The notes under the pieces were generated by a model. That model was not told where the DNA came from and searched no databases. It worked only from the letters and a program-made list of their open reading frames with translations. Shown one piece after another: positions 1 to 18,758 of a DNA stretch of 64,000 nt. Every line of letters starts with the position of its first letter. Positions within the stretch are counted from its first letter, which is position 1. Made by a program: the position numbers and the translations under genes. The stretch comes from Blastocystis sp. Blastoise (taxonomy: Eukaryota > Protista > Bigyra: Opalinata), in the NCBI GenBank assembly GCA_039096225.1, contig JBBPEB010000027.1, positions 310,001-374,000 on the forward strand. Direction: 5' to 3'.

Positions 1-260
1 TATATATACCTGTAAAAGTTGGTCGGTACCAACAGAAAGAGAAGAAGACAGAAGTGTACTTCCAGCGTGAAGAGATTTAACTTCACTTTGAACTACATTA
101 CTATGCTATATATAGTAAATAATAAGTATAATAATAATAATAATAATAATAAGATAATAAAAATAAGTATAATAATAATAATATATATATACTCTATTAG
201 CTGTAGAGGCCTTGAAGGCGACAGCAGGGAATTCCCGTCGGAGACGACGCAACCACTATA

Positions 261-300
<40 letters not shown>

Positions 301-321
301 TAGATAATATAGATAATATAG

Positions 322-372
<51 letters not shown>

Positions 373-495
373 TATATATATATATACTTGTTCTACAATT
401 TCTGTTGGTACAAGATCTATCTTATTAAGTACTAAGATAATCATCTTATTGGGGTCTTTTTGTAGGATCTTTCTCTCTACTTCTATAGCTCTACA

Positions 496-575
<80 letters not shown>

Positions 576-1351
576 ATAGGATCTCTTGCATCTAATACTT
601 CTATAATAACATCTGATTTCTTAACTAACTATATATATATATAATAATCATAATAATGAGTATTATATTTATTATTCTATACCATTTTTAGTTGTTTAAA
701 GAATGCACGTCTCGTTTGTTCTGCAGCCTCATCTTCACGGGTATGTTCAAATTTAGAGGTCTCCTATATATATATACCAATAATAATAATAAACATAATA
801 ATAATGAACATAATAATAAATATAATAATAACAATAAATATAATATTAATAACGAATATAACAATGAATATAATAATAAACATAATAATCAATATAATAA
901 TAAACATAATAATCAATATAATAAAAAAATAATAATCAATATAATAAAAAACATAATAATAAACATAATAATAAATACAATTTCTATATGTTCATCATCA
1001 TAGGTTTGAGCTCGTTCCATGGCATCTTGAGCCATTTTCTCTAAATTACTTAATTGTAATCCATTTCTTCTTGCAGCAATATCAGGACGATATTTGATTT
1101 GATCAAATTGTTTTTTCTTTTCCATTTTTTCTTTCAATAGCTTAGATTTATTTTCAAGTTTTTGCTTAATATTCTTTAAATTAGGAAGACCAGGATCTTT
1201 TCTTAGTAATGTTCTTTTACCTTCACGAGCTTCTTTTTGTTGCTCTTTTCTCTTATTTTTCTGTTGCTAAATACAAGAAAAATCAAAACTAAGAACACAT
1301 TCTAATTACCTTTTGATTAGCCTTTCCTTTATTTCCTTTTGATATACCCAT
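1..1351 (-). CDS. NUG1: Nucleolar circularly permuted GTPase, Nug1/GNL3 (nucleostemin) family; multi-exon, 3' end runs off the window
   Basis: Spliced exons give basic N-terminus MGISKGNKGKANQK..RKDPGLPNLK, then SDVIIEVLDARDPMGCR, ILVLNKIDLVP (G4) and WLRRLRREFPAVAFKAST; GT-AG introns keep the frame. Confidence 0.9.
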
Positions 1352-1904
1352 CTATCTATCTTAAACTAAAATTCAAACGAAAGTATATACTATTTATCCG
1401 CAATAAAAAGAAACAAAACAAGAATGGTTTTTTACCTTTTTCGTGAATTCCCAGTAATAGAAAGAAAAAAAACAATGTCTTTATTTCATTTTTCATATTA
1501 CACGTTTATATGGTTAATTATACACTTTCTCAATAAGATTCCATCGTTTATTTTATCGACTCTATTTAATCTATCAAAGAATAGTAATTTAGAATATATA
1601 TTAATAGTAACTATTGTTATGTAATGAAAATCATTTTGATATTATTTACTAAGAGATTGTTTAATTCAATATATGTGTATATTTAAGCTATTCTATACAT
1701 AATTCTATGTTCAGATAATTAATTGATAATATTTTTTAAATATTTCGTTGTATTTAAATATCTTATTTTTAATCACTTCTTCATGAAATATTCTTCTTAA
1801 ACTAATTCTGAGTTTGTTGTATGCAAAAACTCATCATTTGTTAAATCAATCATGTGTGAATAATGAAACTTCACAGATAGTATATATAATATGAACCAGT
1901 ATGT

Positions 1905-1976
1905 GCCTCTGTAGCTTAGTGGTAGAGCGTTTGTTTCGTAAACAAAAGGTCGAGGGATCAATCCCCTCCAGGGGCT
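1905..1976 (+). tRNA. trnT-CGU: tRNA-Thr(CGU), no intron
   Basis: Acceptor stem GCCTCTG/CAGGGGC, D-arm TAGCTTAGTGGTAGAGC, anticodon arm TTTGT-TTCGTAA-ACAAA, T-arm GAGGG-ATCAATC-CCCTC, discriminator T. Confidence 0.93.
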
Positions 1977-1981
1977 TCATA

Positions 1982-1987
1982 TTTTTT
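1982..1987 (+). terminator. RNA polymerase III terminator (T6) of the tRNA gene
   Basis: TTTTTT 5 nt downstream of the tRNA 3' end. Confidence 0.6.
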
Positions 1988-2050
1988 AAATTCTTCTCTC
2001 TCTCTAGTTACATTTTATAGTTTACTTGTATAATTTATTTTTTTTTCAAA

Positions 2051-3780
2051 ATGGAAACAACAAATGGTTCTTTGTCTCTATCTTCTCTACAAAACAATGT
2101 TTCTTATGAAAACGAATCAAAAAAGATAATTTCAAAAGATATCGTTACTGAGAATAAGGACAACGATGATCAAACTGGTATATTATGTTTCTTAGTTGTT
2201 TTTCGATTTTATTATACAGGTCTTGTGGCACAAGATATGCCAAATCTAGATAATAGTGTTTCTAAAAATGATAATACCGATCAGAATGATGCTCTAATAG
2301 ATATAGATAGTCCTTCTAATTCATCTAGTATTCACTTAATTAAAGTAGCGAACAATGTGATTGATGAATCTGTGAAAAACGCTTTGATTCTAGAGGAAAG
2401 TAATTTAGAAGGTGTATCTTTAGATTCGGAGACTCAAAATATTGAAGAATCTAATGATATAGAAAATATTCCAGAAGAAATTCCTTTTTTAAATAGTATT
2501 TTAGATTTTTTTAAACCCTATCTCTATTTTTTTTTTGTGTAGTTATTCCTCCATTGCAAGTTGATGAAACAATTCGTTCGTTTCCTTATGTGAGTAATTC
2601 ACCTGCAAGATTACTTTGCTTATATCAAGAAATATTAAATAGAAAGATGGACCAAGTAATTGATCAAACAAAACATAAAATAATAATCGATATCTGTATC
2701 TATATATGAACTTTTTTTTTGTATTCTTTTTTTTTATTGTTATATATATGTTTATTTATTGTATATTTTATGTTTATTTATATATATATTTGTATTATTT
2801 ATTTTTTATTGTTATATATTTATGTATTTATTGTATATTTTATAGATATATCTATATGTATATATTCTATAGTTCACGATTTACTTCGTTCCTATGGGGT
2901 ACAGGTAGAAGATAAACTTACATCTTTGATGAAAGAAGAAAATATCATATCTGTATATATATATTTATGTATTTATTGGGTTTGTATTTTTTTAAAATAA
3001 TATATTATATATTGTTAATATTTTTTTAAAATAATATATTATATATTGTTAATATTTTTTTAAAATTATATATTATATATTGCTAATATTTTTTTTAAAT
3101 AATATATTATATATTGTTATATTTTTTTAAAAATAATATATTAATAAATATATATTCATATATAAAAATGATTCTTTTAAATTTGTACTCTATAAATAAT
3201 ATCGATAGACACCAGTAAAACGAGTATTTTCGATAAATAAACGAAATGAAATGAAAAAACGAAAAATTGAATTATTAAAAGAAATGAATAAAGTTGTCGA
3301 TACTCAATTAGAAACATTTACATCACAAAATACAATTCTTTCTGTTCCAATTACATTACCATCACCCAATTTACCTTATTCAGAAACCGATCAATCCAGT
3401 AGTATATTATATACAGGTAGAATTCAAGGAATCAATGATGAAAATACTCTATCAACATTATTTAAAGAAGTATATATATTTTTGTTATTATTATTATACA
3501 AATATCATAAATATTTGTTTAATATTATTATTTATTTATATTTCTTTTTTATGGATTCTACAGTATTATTTCATAGATTGCTAATTTAGAACAAGTTCAT
3601 ATTTTATACGCTGATACAAAAGAACAAAGTAGAGATGTATTTATTTTATATATATTTTTAATTATAAGTATTTATATATTTATAGATGAGAATTGAATTG
3701 ACAAAGAAATACAAAGAACATTTATTAAAGTCATTAGATCTCAAATTTGATTTAGATGACATACTTCAGTCACTGATGTA
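2051..3780 (+). CDS. Hypothetical protein with acidic disordered N-terminus and possible C-terminal RRM-like domain; 7 exons
   Basis: GT-AG splicing joins METTNGS... to ...ILQSLM* (TAA 3778-3780); ILYTGRIQGINDENTLSTLFKEIANLEQVHIL resembles RRM beta1-alpha1-beta2. Confidence 0.6.
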
Positions 3781-4517
3781 ATGTATATATAATAGAATAT
3801 AAACTTTTTTGATAGTCTTTATTTTATTTTTATTTTTTTAACTTTTATTTAATTCAATCATTAAAGTTTATAAATTTTTTCATTATTAATTATTGTTAAA
3901 TAAAGGATAGTAAAGACGAATAACTATATACATATGTAATAAAAACTAATATAATTCTTTTTTATTTAAAAAATAAGAATATTATTTTATTTTTTTATTT
4001 TTTTTTTAAATATTGCTTTACATTATTTTGAAAACATATAAAAATTTTTATAATTATGGTTAGTATACAAGAAGCATTATTTTATATGTATTTATAATTC
4101 TAGATACTTTTTGTAATCTAAAGTCATTATTAGAACATGTGATCAAGTATTATAATAATAATTTGTTCTCATTAGTCTACACATAATTCTCTTCATATCT
4201 TGAAACATTAAAATAGAATAATGATAACATTGAAACCCAAAATTTAAAAAAACGAAATGTGAACAAATTCTATTCTTTCTTTTTATAAAGAATGACAATT
4301 CTTATACATAGACTAGTAAATAATGTTCTTTTATTATATATAATTACTTAAATACCTACATAAAACAATTTCCCATTATAAAATTCTTCCTTATAGTAGG
4401 TTTAATTGATAAAAACACGATTTTAAAATTTGATCTAAAAATTTCTTTTCTCTTTCCTTGTTGCTATTCTTTGTATTTATCTTTTTTTAAATATCTTATT
4501 AAGAATCATTTGTAGAG

Positions 4518-5617
4518 ATGGATTATACAAGTATCCTTAATAAGAAATTTGCTGATTTGAAAGATCAAGTACTGAAAGCAATGCAATTTGCTAGTACGAC
4601 ATTGTCAGAAATAGACAATCTTTCACAAGAAAAATTCCAAGATGAAATTTATGGATTAATAGAAAATATAGCAAAAGATTGTTCAGACTCCATTCGTAAT
4701 CGTCGCGAATCATTTGCAATTAGAAAACAGGAATATTTAAATACTATACATGATATGCAATTAGATATGGATAAATCTATGTCAAGATTAGGTTTAACTA
4801 TGGACCAAATTAAAGCAGAAATGGATCCTACATTTACAGTTCATTATGGGAATACACTTGAAGATCAAATCAGTAGATTAGGCAAATATGGTGTATACTT
4901 AGATGATGTATTTATTTATTATTGTTGTTGATATTTATTAATTTTTTTTACAATTATTAATTTATATATATATTTTTTGAATATATATAGCTAGAAAAAC
5001 AAAGAGAAATTCTATTAAAAGATAAAGTCAGCAAGATTCAGGAACTTTCAGCTCAATTAGATGAGACTATACCTGAGGAGGAATTATCTATTGATGATTT
5101 AACTATAAAGAAAGAAAAACAACTCGATACTCTTATTGAAGACTTGACAGAATTTAAAGTATTACATATATATATATATATTTATATATAAATATATAAA
5201 TATATATATATATTTATATATTTATATATTTATATATTTATATATTTATATATATATATATTTATATATTTATATATTTATATATTTATATATTTATATA
5301 TTTATATATTTATATATTTATATATTTATATATTTATATATTTATATATTTATATATTTATATATTTATATATTTATATATTTATATATTTATATATTTA
5401 TATATTTATATATTTATATATTTATATATTTATATATTTATATATTTATATATTTATATATTTATATATATATATATATATAGACAAAACGTATGCAGAC
5501 AGTAGCTGAATTGGCCAATCAGATTCGTGCATTGTGCGATCTGTTCCAGTTACAATCTCCAACGGAAATCGATACTGTTGTCCTTCAAAATCAAAATGAA
5601 GTATATATATATATATA

Positions 5618-5667
<50 letters not shown>

Positions 5668-5756
5668 TATATATAGATAATAGACTTGAGTCGTCATACA
5701 CTGGATTCATTGAAACGACGAGCTACTGCACTTACTAGAGATAAGGTATATATATA

Positions 5757-5816
<60 letters not shown>

Positions 5817-5831
5817 CCTATTTCTATTCAA

Positions 5832-5886
<55 letters not shown>

Positions 5887-7022
5887 AAGATCGTGAAAAT
5901 GAACGAAAATCATTGACTAAAAAAATTAAGATTTATTGTGATATCTTTGGAGCACAATTGAGTGATTCCCAAGTGAGTGTCGAAACACAAATAGATACTA
6001 TTACAGCTGCATCAATGTATACTCCTGAATGGGCCAATGAAGAACAGAAATCAATTGAACAGTATTCCGATAAAATTACAGATTCTGCTCTTATCTTTGT
6101 ATATATATATATATATATATATATAATTCTTTTTCTTTTTTTCATATAAAAAACCATTTTTATATATATAAAGCTAATCCAAATTTGTTTATCATTTTAT
6201 TTTAGTTATATATATATATATAGTTAAGAGAGAAAGTATATACTTATTCTCAAATTGTTTCTTCAAATCTTACGTTCTTTATTCTTAAAGCAAAAGAAAA
6301 AATTAGATGTATATATATATTATAATGATATATATATATATATATATATAGTATTAACTCAAGAAATTAATAGAAATTTTGTTTTCGACAGTTCTTCTAT
6401 TTTGAATGATACAAGTAAATATGATAACCGTGGTTATTTTAGCTATATTATTTTTATCATAATTATACTTAATTTGTTATCATTATTATTATAATATATC
6501 TATATATATATATAGATATAGATCAGAATACATTTGAATGTCATTTTAATTATATTGATCAATTATATCAGGAAAAAGACACACTCAATCCTATTCAACA
6601 TGTATATATATAATCTTTATAGTATTTCTTATTCTACTTATATATATAATCTTTATATTATTTTTTGTTCTACTTATATATAATCTTTATATTATTTCTT
6701 ATTCTACTCATATATATAACCTTTATATTATTTCTTATTCTACTTATATATAATCTTTATATTATTTCTTATTCTACTTATATATATAATCTTTATATTA
6801 TTTCTTATTCTACTCATATATATATATAGTTCTTACGTTCTGTATATGCCTATAAAGAGAATAAGGATATTGTGGCGAGAGATTTGAGTGAAAAAACGAA
6901 GAAAATCGGAGAAGGACCTAAAGGAAGAGCATGGTATATATATATTCATTTTTATTTCTATTATTTGTAAATAGTATTATATATATATATATTATTCTTA
7001 TTATTATATATTTATAAATCTC

Positions 7023-7063
<41 letters not shown>

Positions 7064-7574
7064 CTTATTATTATATATTTATAAATCTCATTATATATAC
7101 ATTATTTTTCTTTTTATTCACTTATATATCTCATTATATATATAAAGGATTGAAGCATATGATAAACGTGTGAAGCAGGTGAATATATTTGAAAATAGTT
7201 GTAAGAAGGGATTATCAGAAGTAGATAAATGGGAAGAAGAAAATCACAAACAATTATTAGTAGATGGTATATATTATATATATGTTAATAATCATAATAA
7301 GAAGCATTATTATTATCGCTGTTATATATATCTATTTAAGAATATATATATACTAATAACTATATAAATATATATACTAATAATTATATATATATATACT
7401 AATAACTATATAAATATATATACTAATAACTATATATATATATAGGAGTACCGATTAGAGAAGCCATTGAGAATAAACATTCTGAATATGCACGTGTATA
7501 TATATATTTATACACTTTATTTAATTATAACTAATATATATATATAGAAAAAGAAGAGACTTATAAATAGATAA
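4518..7574 (+). CDS. Microtubule-bundling protein of the MAP65/Ase1/PRC1 family; multi-exon
   Basis: Long helical/coiled-coil spliced ORF ending [37 protein letters not shown], matching the family WE....F..G signature. Confidence 0.75.
5190..5470. repeat. Intronic 8-mer tandem repeat (TATATATT)n
   Basis: Direct inspection; within a MAP65 intron. Confidence 0.85.
6610..6825. repeat. Intronic ~32-bp minisatellite (TAATCTTTATATTATTTCTTATTCTACTTATATA-like)
   Basis: About six imperfect copies in a MAP65 intron. Confidence 0.75.
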
Positions 7575-8620
7575 AATCAATCTATTCCTATATATATCTA
7601 TTCTTCTTCTTCTTCTGTGTCTTTTTCATTTTTCTTTTTTTCTGTTTATTGTTTTAAATACGTTAGATATTATATATATTTGTTTTCTTCCTTTCTTTTA
7701 AATTATTCATAACTATTGAAGTATATATCTGTTATCTATATTTTTATTTTTTTTAAATATTTGTATTTTATTATTATTTAATAAAAACGCATTATAATAC
7801 AGTAATTCACAATAATTTCATCAGTTTTTTAATGAAACAAAAAGCAATAATACTTGGACATATTATATCTGTATAAATACTTGTTTTTTAAATAGAAAAC
7901 TTTCAATTATACTTTAGAAACACGTATTTATTGTGATACACACTTTCTAAATAATAAAAACCTTATTTAAAATAACTTTATGACGCAAATAAGTATTTTA
8001 GACTCATAAATGTTATTCATTTTCTTTGATCATTCTATATAATAATCAACATGCTTGCCATGATACCTTTTTGCAAATAATTAATTTAACTCACAAAGAA
8101 AGAACAAGTAAAATAAGATTAAACGTTGCCATTGTTAACAATATTATACTTAACACTAAGCTTTTTACATATAGTTTATTTTATATGAATTCTAGAGCAA
8201 CACGGCACTATTTTTCTTTCATTAATTCTACTGTAAACATATTCCAAAATATATACTTTCGTTTCATAAGAAGATCTCTATTCCAGAATCACTAGAAAAG
8301 TCAGTCATATGAGGATGACACCATCTCTTGGAATAAAAAGAACATAAAATAACAAATCATTTTTGTTGTTTTTGTATTCCATAGTTATCTAGAAATTCTT
8401 ATGATGACGCATCGATCATAATTCTTTATATTATGTGCTTTATATTTGGATTAGCCCCCTATAAAAAGTAATTGTATCAATAAAGTTGTCTTTGAATAGA
8501 ATATTAGGGGATATATTATGATGATGAAGACGTTCTTCATTCTGTTTATAATTGTAATACAATTGTTTTAAGATTTTTGTTGAACTCATATTTTATTTGT
8601 TTAACGACTTTTAAAATAAA

Positions 8621-11600
8621 ATGAAACTTTCTGTCTTATGTCTGTTTATTGTAGCTGCGTTAGCTGTTGTCAAGAACCCTAACTTTATTTATTATAATGA
8701 ATTAGAAGGTAAACCTTATAAGATCACTTGGGATAAACGTTCTTTCTTCATCAACGATAGAAGAACTATCTTCCTTGCTGGTTCCGTTCACTATCCTCGT
8801 GCTACTCCTGGTATATTTTTGATCATCTTTTATTATTCTATCTTATTTTTTATAAATATAGAAATGTGGGATACTGTACTTGATCAAGCTGTTGAAGATG
8901 GATTGAATTTAATTCAAATCTATACTTTTTGGAATTATCATGAACCTGAAGAAGGTAAATTTGATTGGACTGGCCGTGGTGATTTAAGACTTTTCCTTGA
9001 TAAATGTAAGGAACGTGGTCTTTTCGTTAATCTTCGTATTGGACCGTAAGTTGTTATAAATCATTAATTGTTTATTTATAATTATTTTTTAGTTATGTTT
9101 GTGCTGAATGGGATAATGGTGGTATTCCTTCTTGGTTACAATATAAGGAAGGTATTCGTTATAGATCTTCTAATGAACTTTGGGAGAAATATATGGGTAA
9201 TTGGATGAAAGTTCTTGTTGAAGAAGTTCGTGATTACTTCTCTGATGTTGGTGGCCCTATTATGATGGCTCAAGTATATTATATGTTTTTTCTTAAATTT
9301 TAATTATAAATTTTTTCTAATTTAGATTGAAAATGAATTATGGAATGGTGATAAGGCTTATATTGATTGGTGTGGTAAATTTGCTATGGAACTTAAGGTA
9401 TGTTTGTTGATATTTAATTAGTATATCTTATGAAAACATATATATATATATATAGGCTGATATCCCATGGGTGATGTGTAATGGTGATACTGCAGGTGAA
9501 GCTATAAATGCTTGTAATGGTAATAATTGTGATACATATTTAGAGAGTGGTGGTCAAAGTGGTCGTATTCTTGTTGATCAACCAGGTGTTTGGACTGAAA
9601 ATGAAGGATGGTTTGAAACTTGGGGTATGGATAATAGTAATAAAGAAGGATATTATGGTTGGGACTCTAGAACTCCTGAGGATTATTCTTATGCTATTAT
9701 GAAATGGTTTGATAGAGGAGGTAGTTATCATAATTATTATATGTGGTTTGGAGGTAATCATTACGGTCGTTCTGCTGCTGCTGGCTTAGCTACTTGGTAT
9801 ACTAATGGTGTCCTTATTCGTTCGGATACTCTTCCTAATGAAGTATATATATATAGTCATTTTATTTTTATCGTTATATATACTATTATAAGCTATATAT
9901 ATTTTTTGATGATATTAATAATAATTTTTTATAATAATAATAATAAATAATATTAATAATATTAATAATCATAATAATAATAATATTCATTTATAATAAT
10001 ATTAATAATACTATTCTATAGCCTAAACATTCTCATCTTGTGAAAATGCATAAGTTTATTGCTTCTATTGCTGATATTTTATTGAATGATCAAGCTCAAG
10101 TCAATAAACAAACTAAAGTTAATGAAAAGATTCAAATGTTTACTTATCAATATAATGGAAAAGTATTATATTTCTTAGAAAATCAGAATAATGAGAGTAA
10201 TTCTTGTGATTATATGGGCCATCATCTTGAATTTGCTCAATATCAAATGTATGTTATTGACCAAAATGGAGAAATTGTTTATAATACTCATGATGTTGAA
10301 CCTGCTAAAGTATATATAGTTATTTTAATGTTTATATATATATATATATATACTATTTTATTTATTTATTTATTTTTATTCTTTTATTTATATTATATAA
10401 TTTTCTTTTTGTCATTTTAAAATATATTAAAATCTATCTACTAGTATTCTAAAAATATGATTAATATTATAATTCTATTTATAATTATATTAATTATTAT
10501 ATTAATTATTATATTAATTATTATATTAATTATTATATTAATTATTATATTAATTATTATATTAATAATCATATTAATAATCATATTAATCATTATATTA
10601 ATCATTATATTAATCATTATCTTTATAATTATACGTATATATTTCTAGGTTGTACGTCAAATAACCCCTGTTGAATCTCTTAAATATACATATTGGAATG
10701 AGCCTTTAACTGATTTATCTTCAATTTCTGTTCCTATAGTTTTACCTAAAGCTTCTGAACAAATTAATATTACTAGAGATTTAACTGAGTTTTTATATTA
10801 TGAAACTACTTATGATTTCACTCAAGAAGATAATAAACTTGATATTGGTGGTGCTAAATCGAATGGATTTATATTATTTATAGATGGAAAACGTATGGGT
10901 AGTGATGGTAATTATCAAGCTTCAGGAGAATGGTATACGTATACTATTCACTTTAAGACTACTATTGGTAAACATACGTTATTATTATTAAGTCAATCTT
11001 ATGGTTTATCGAATGGCGTTGGTAGTAACAGCGATCCCTCTTGGGATTCCTCTAGACTTAAGGGTATATATTATATATTATTATTATATATTATTATATA
11101 TTATTATATATTTATTATATATTTATTATTATATATTTATTATATATTTATTATATATTTATTATTATATATTCATTATATATTATTATATATTCATTAT
11201 ATATTATTATATATTATTATATATTATTATATATTATTATATATTATTATATATTTATTATTATATATTAATATTCTTAATACATACAATAAATAATTAT
11301 ATCTATAATAGTATAATAATCATATAATAATAATATTATTATATAGGTATTTGTGGTTGGGTTAAGATGAATGACGTTGATTTCTTTACTCAAGAATGGA
11401 AACATTATAATGGTCTTGCTGGTGAATCTATTCAAGTATATACTGAAGAAGGTATACAAAAAGTTGAATGGAAAGAAGATCTAGAAAATGCTGCTCCTAT
11501 TACTTGGTTATCTTCTACTTTTGAAACTCCTAAAGATTTAAAGAGAGGTATTGAAGTCTTATTCCACCCTATGGGTCTTATGACAGGTCATGCTTATATT

Positions 11601-11792
11601 AATGGTAATGATATTGGTAAATATCTTTTAGTTAAATCAGGAAGTGGTGAATATACTCAAGAATATTATCATATTCCCAAAGATTGGCTTCGATATGATG
11701 GAGAAAAGAATTTATTTGTTGTTGTTGAAACTTCAGGTGCTGAGAATCTTACTCAATCTGAAATTTGTATCACTCAAATGGTTCCCAAGTAA
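8621..11792 (+). CDS. Secreted beta-galactosidase, glycoside hydrolase family 35; 8 exons
   Basis: Signal peptide MKLSVLCLFIVAALA; GSVHYPR, YTFWNYHEP, LRIGPYVCAEW, IMAQIENE (acid/base), WTENEGWF (nucleophile), NYYMWFGG, TQEYYHIPKDWL. Confidence 0.95.
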
Positions 11793-12444
11793 ACAATAGA
11801 AGAATATCATTTCATTATATTCGTAGCATAGTATCAACTAAATAATATATTATATTGTTGAAAAATAGCTTTGCTTTTTAATAATCTTATCAAGTGTTTT
11901 GTTTTTATTTATAATAAGATCTTTTTAAATATTTTAAACTTGTAAAAAATTTGTGAAAGATATTTTTTATTCATTTTAGAATAATACTCAATAATTATTG
12001 TAGTATTCTTTTCATTATAGGATATATATAATTTAAAAGATAAACTATCATTCATATTTAAGATAATAGAAAACAAAACCAAAAAAATAGATCAAAAAAC
12101 AAAACGGTTGAATATTAACAAAACAAGAAGAAGAGTAAAGAAATGAGGAAGAGACATATAGATATGAAATAACAAATAGTAAATGATGCAATTCAAAGGA
12201 AGAAGAAGCAGAAGAAGTAAAAAATAGAAAAGATTTTTTATTTATATTTTCATAATAAAAGTGATAAAAAATAAATAAAAACAAAAAAAAGTTTAAAATA
12301 AAAAGTTAATTAAAAAAAAACTATAAAAATATATTGAGTCAAGAAAGAGAAAAAGTTGAACTAATTACGATAAATACAATATATAAATAATTAAATAAAT
12401 ATAAGTAGATATATATATATATATATATAATATTATAAATTCAT

Positions 12445-18272
<5,828 letters not shown>

Positions 18273-18758
18273 TTTTTTATGTATAAATATAGTATTTAAA
18301 TAAACTAATGTTGTATATGGAATAAAAAATGATTTGAACAATATAGGAGAAAAAAGCAACAAATCGCAATCTTCAGATATTGTTTCTACAGAGGAAATTT
18401 GATTAGTCCCCGTGGTTAATTAAGAGAGTAAGGAAATGTGTTGTTCTCTCAAGGGAATTTGAGAAGTAAAAAAAGATTGTATTCTTCAGACAACTTCAGT
18501 AGTTGACTTAAAATCTATTTTAGACATTTTCTTTTGAAGACAAAATACGTTCCTTCCCAACAGACAAAAAAATAAATCTTTTAATAGGGGAAAAAGAATT
18601 GCGCTTGTGATTAACGTGATTTTTCATAAATATTATATCTTTTTCTATTGATTTCTGAATCACTGTACATATATTAATGGACTTTTTTAAAACAGAAAAA
18701 AAATGATGTAAATAGGAAAACGAGCATACAATTTGTTTCTTTGTGAATACGTTCAGGA

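Noticed and set aside
6610-6825. ~32-bp repeated units resembling a CRISPR array
   Set aside because: No unique spacers, intronic location, eukaryotic context; it is a minisatellite.
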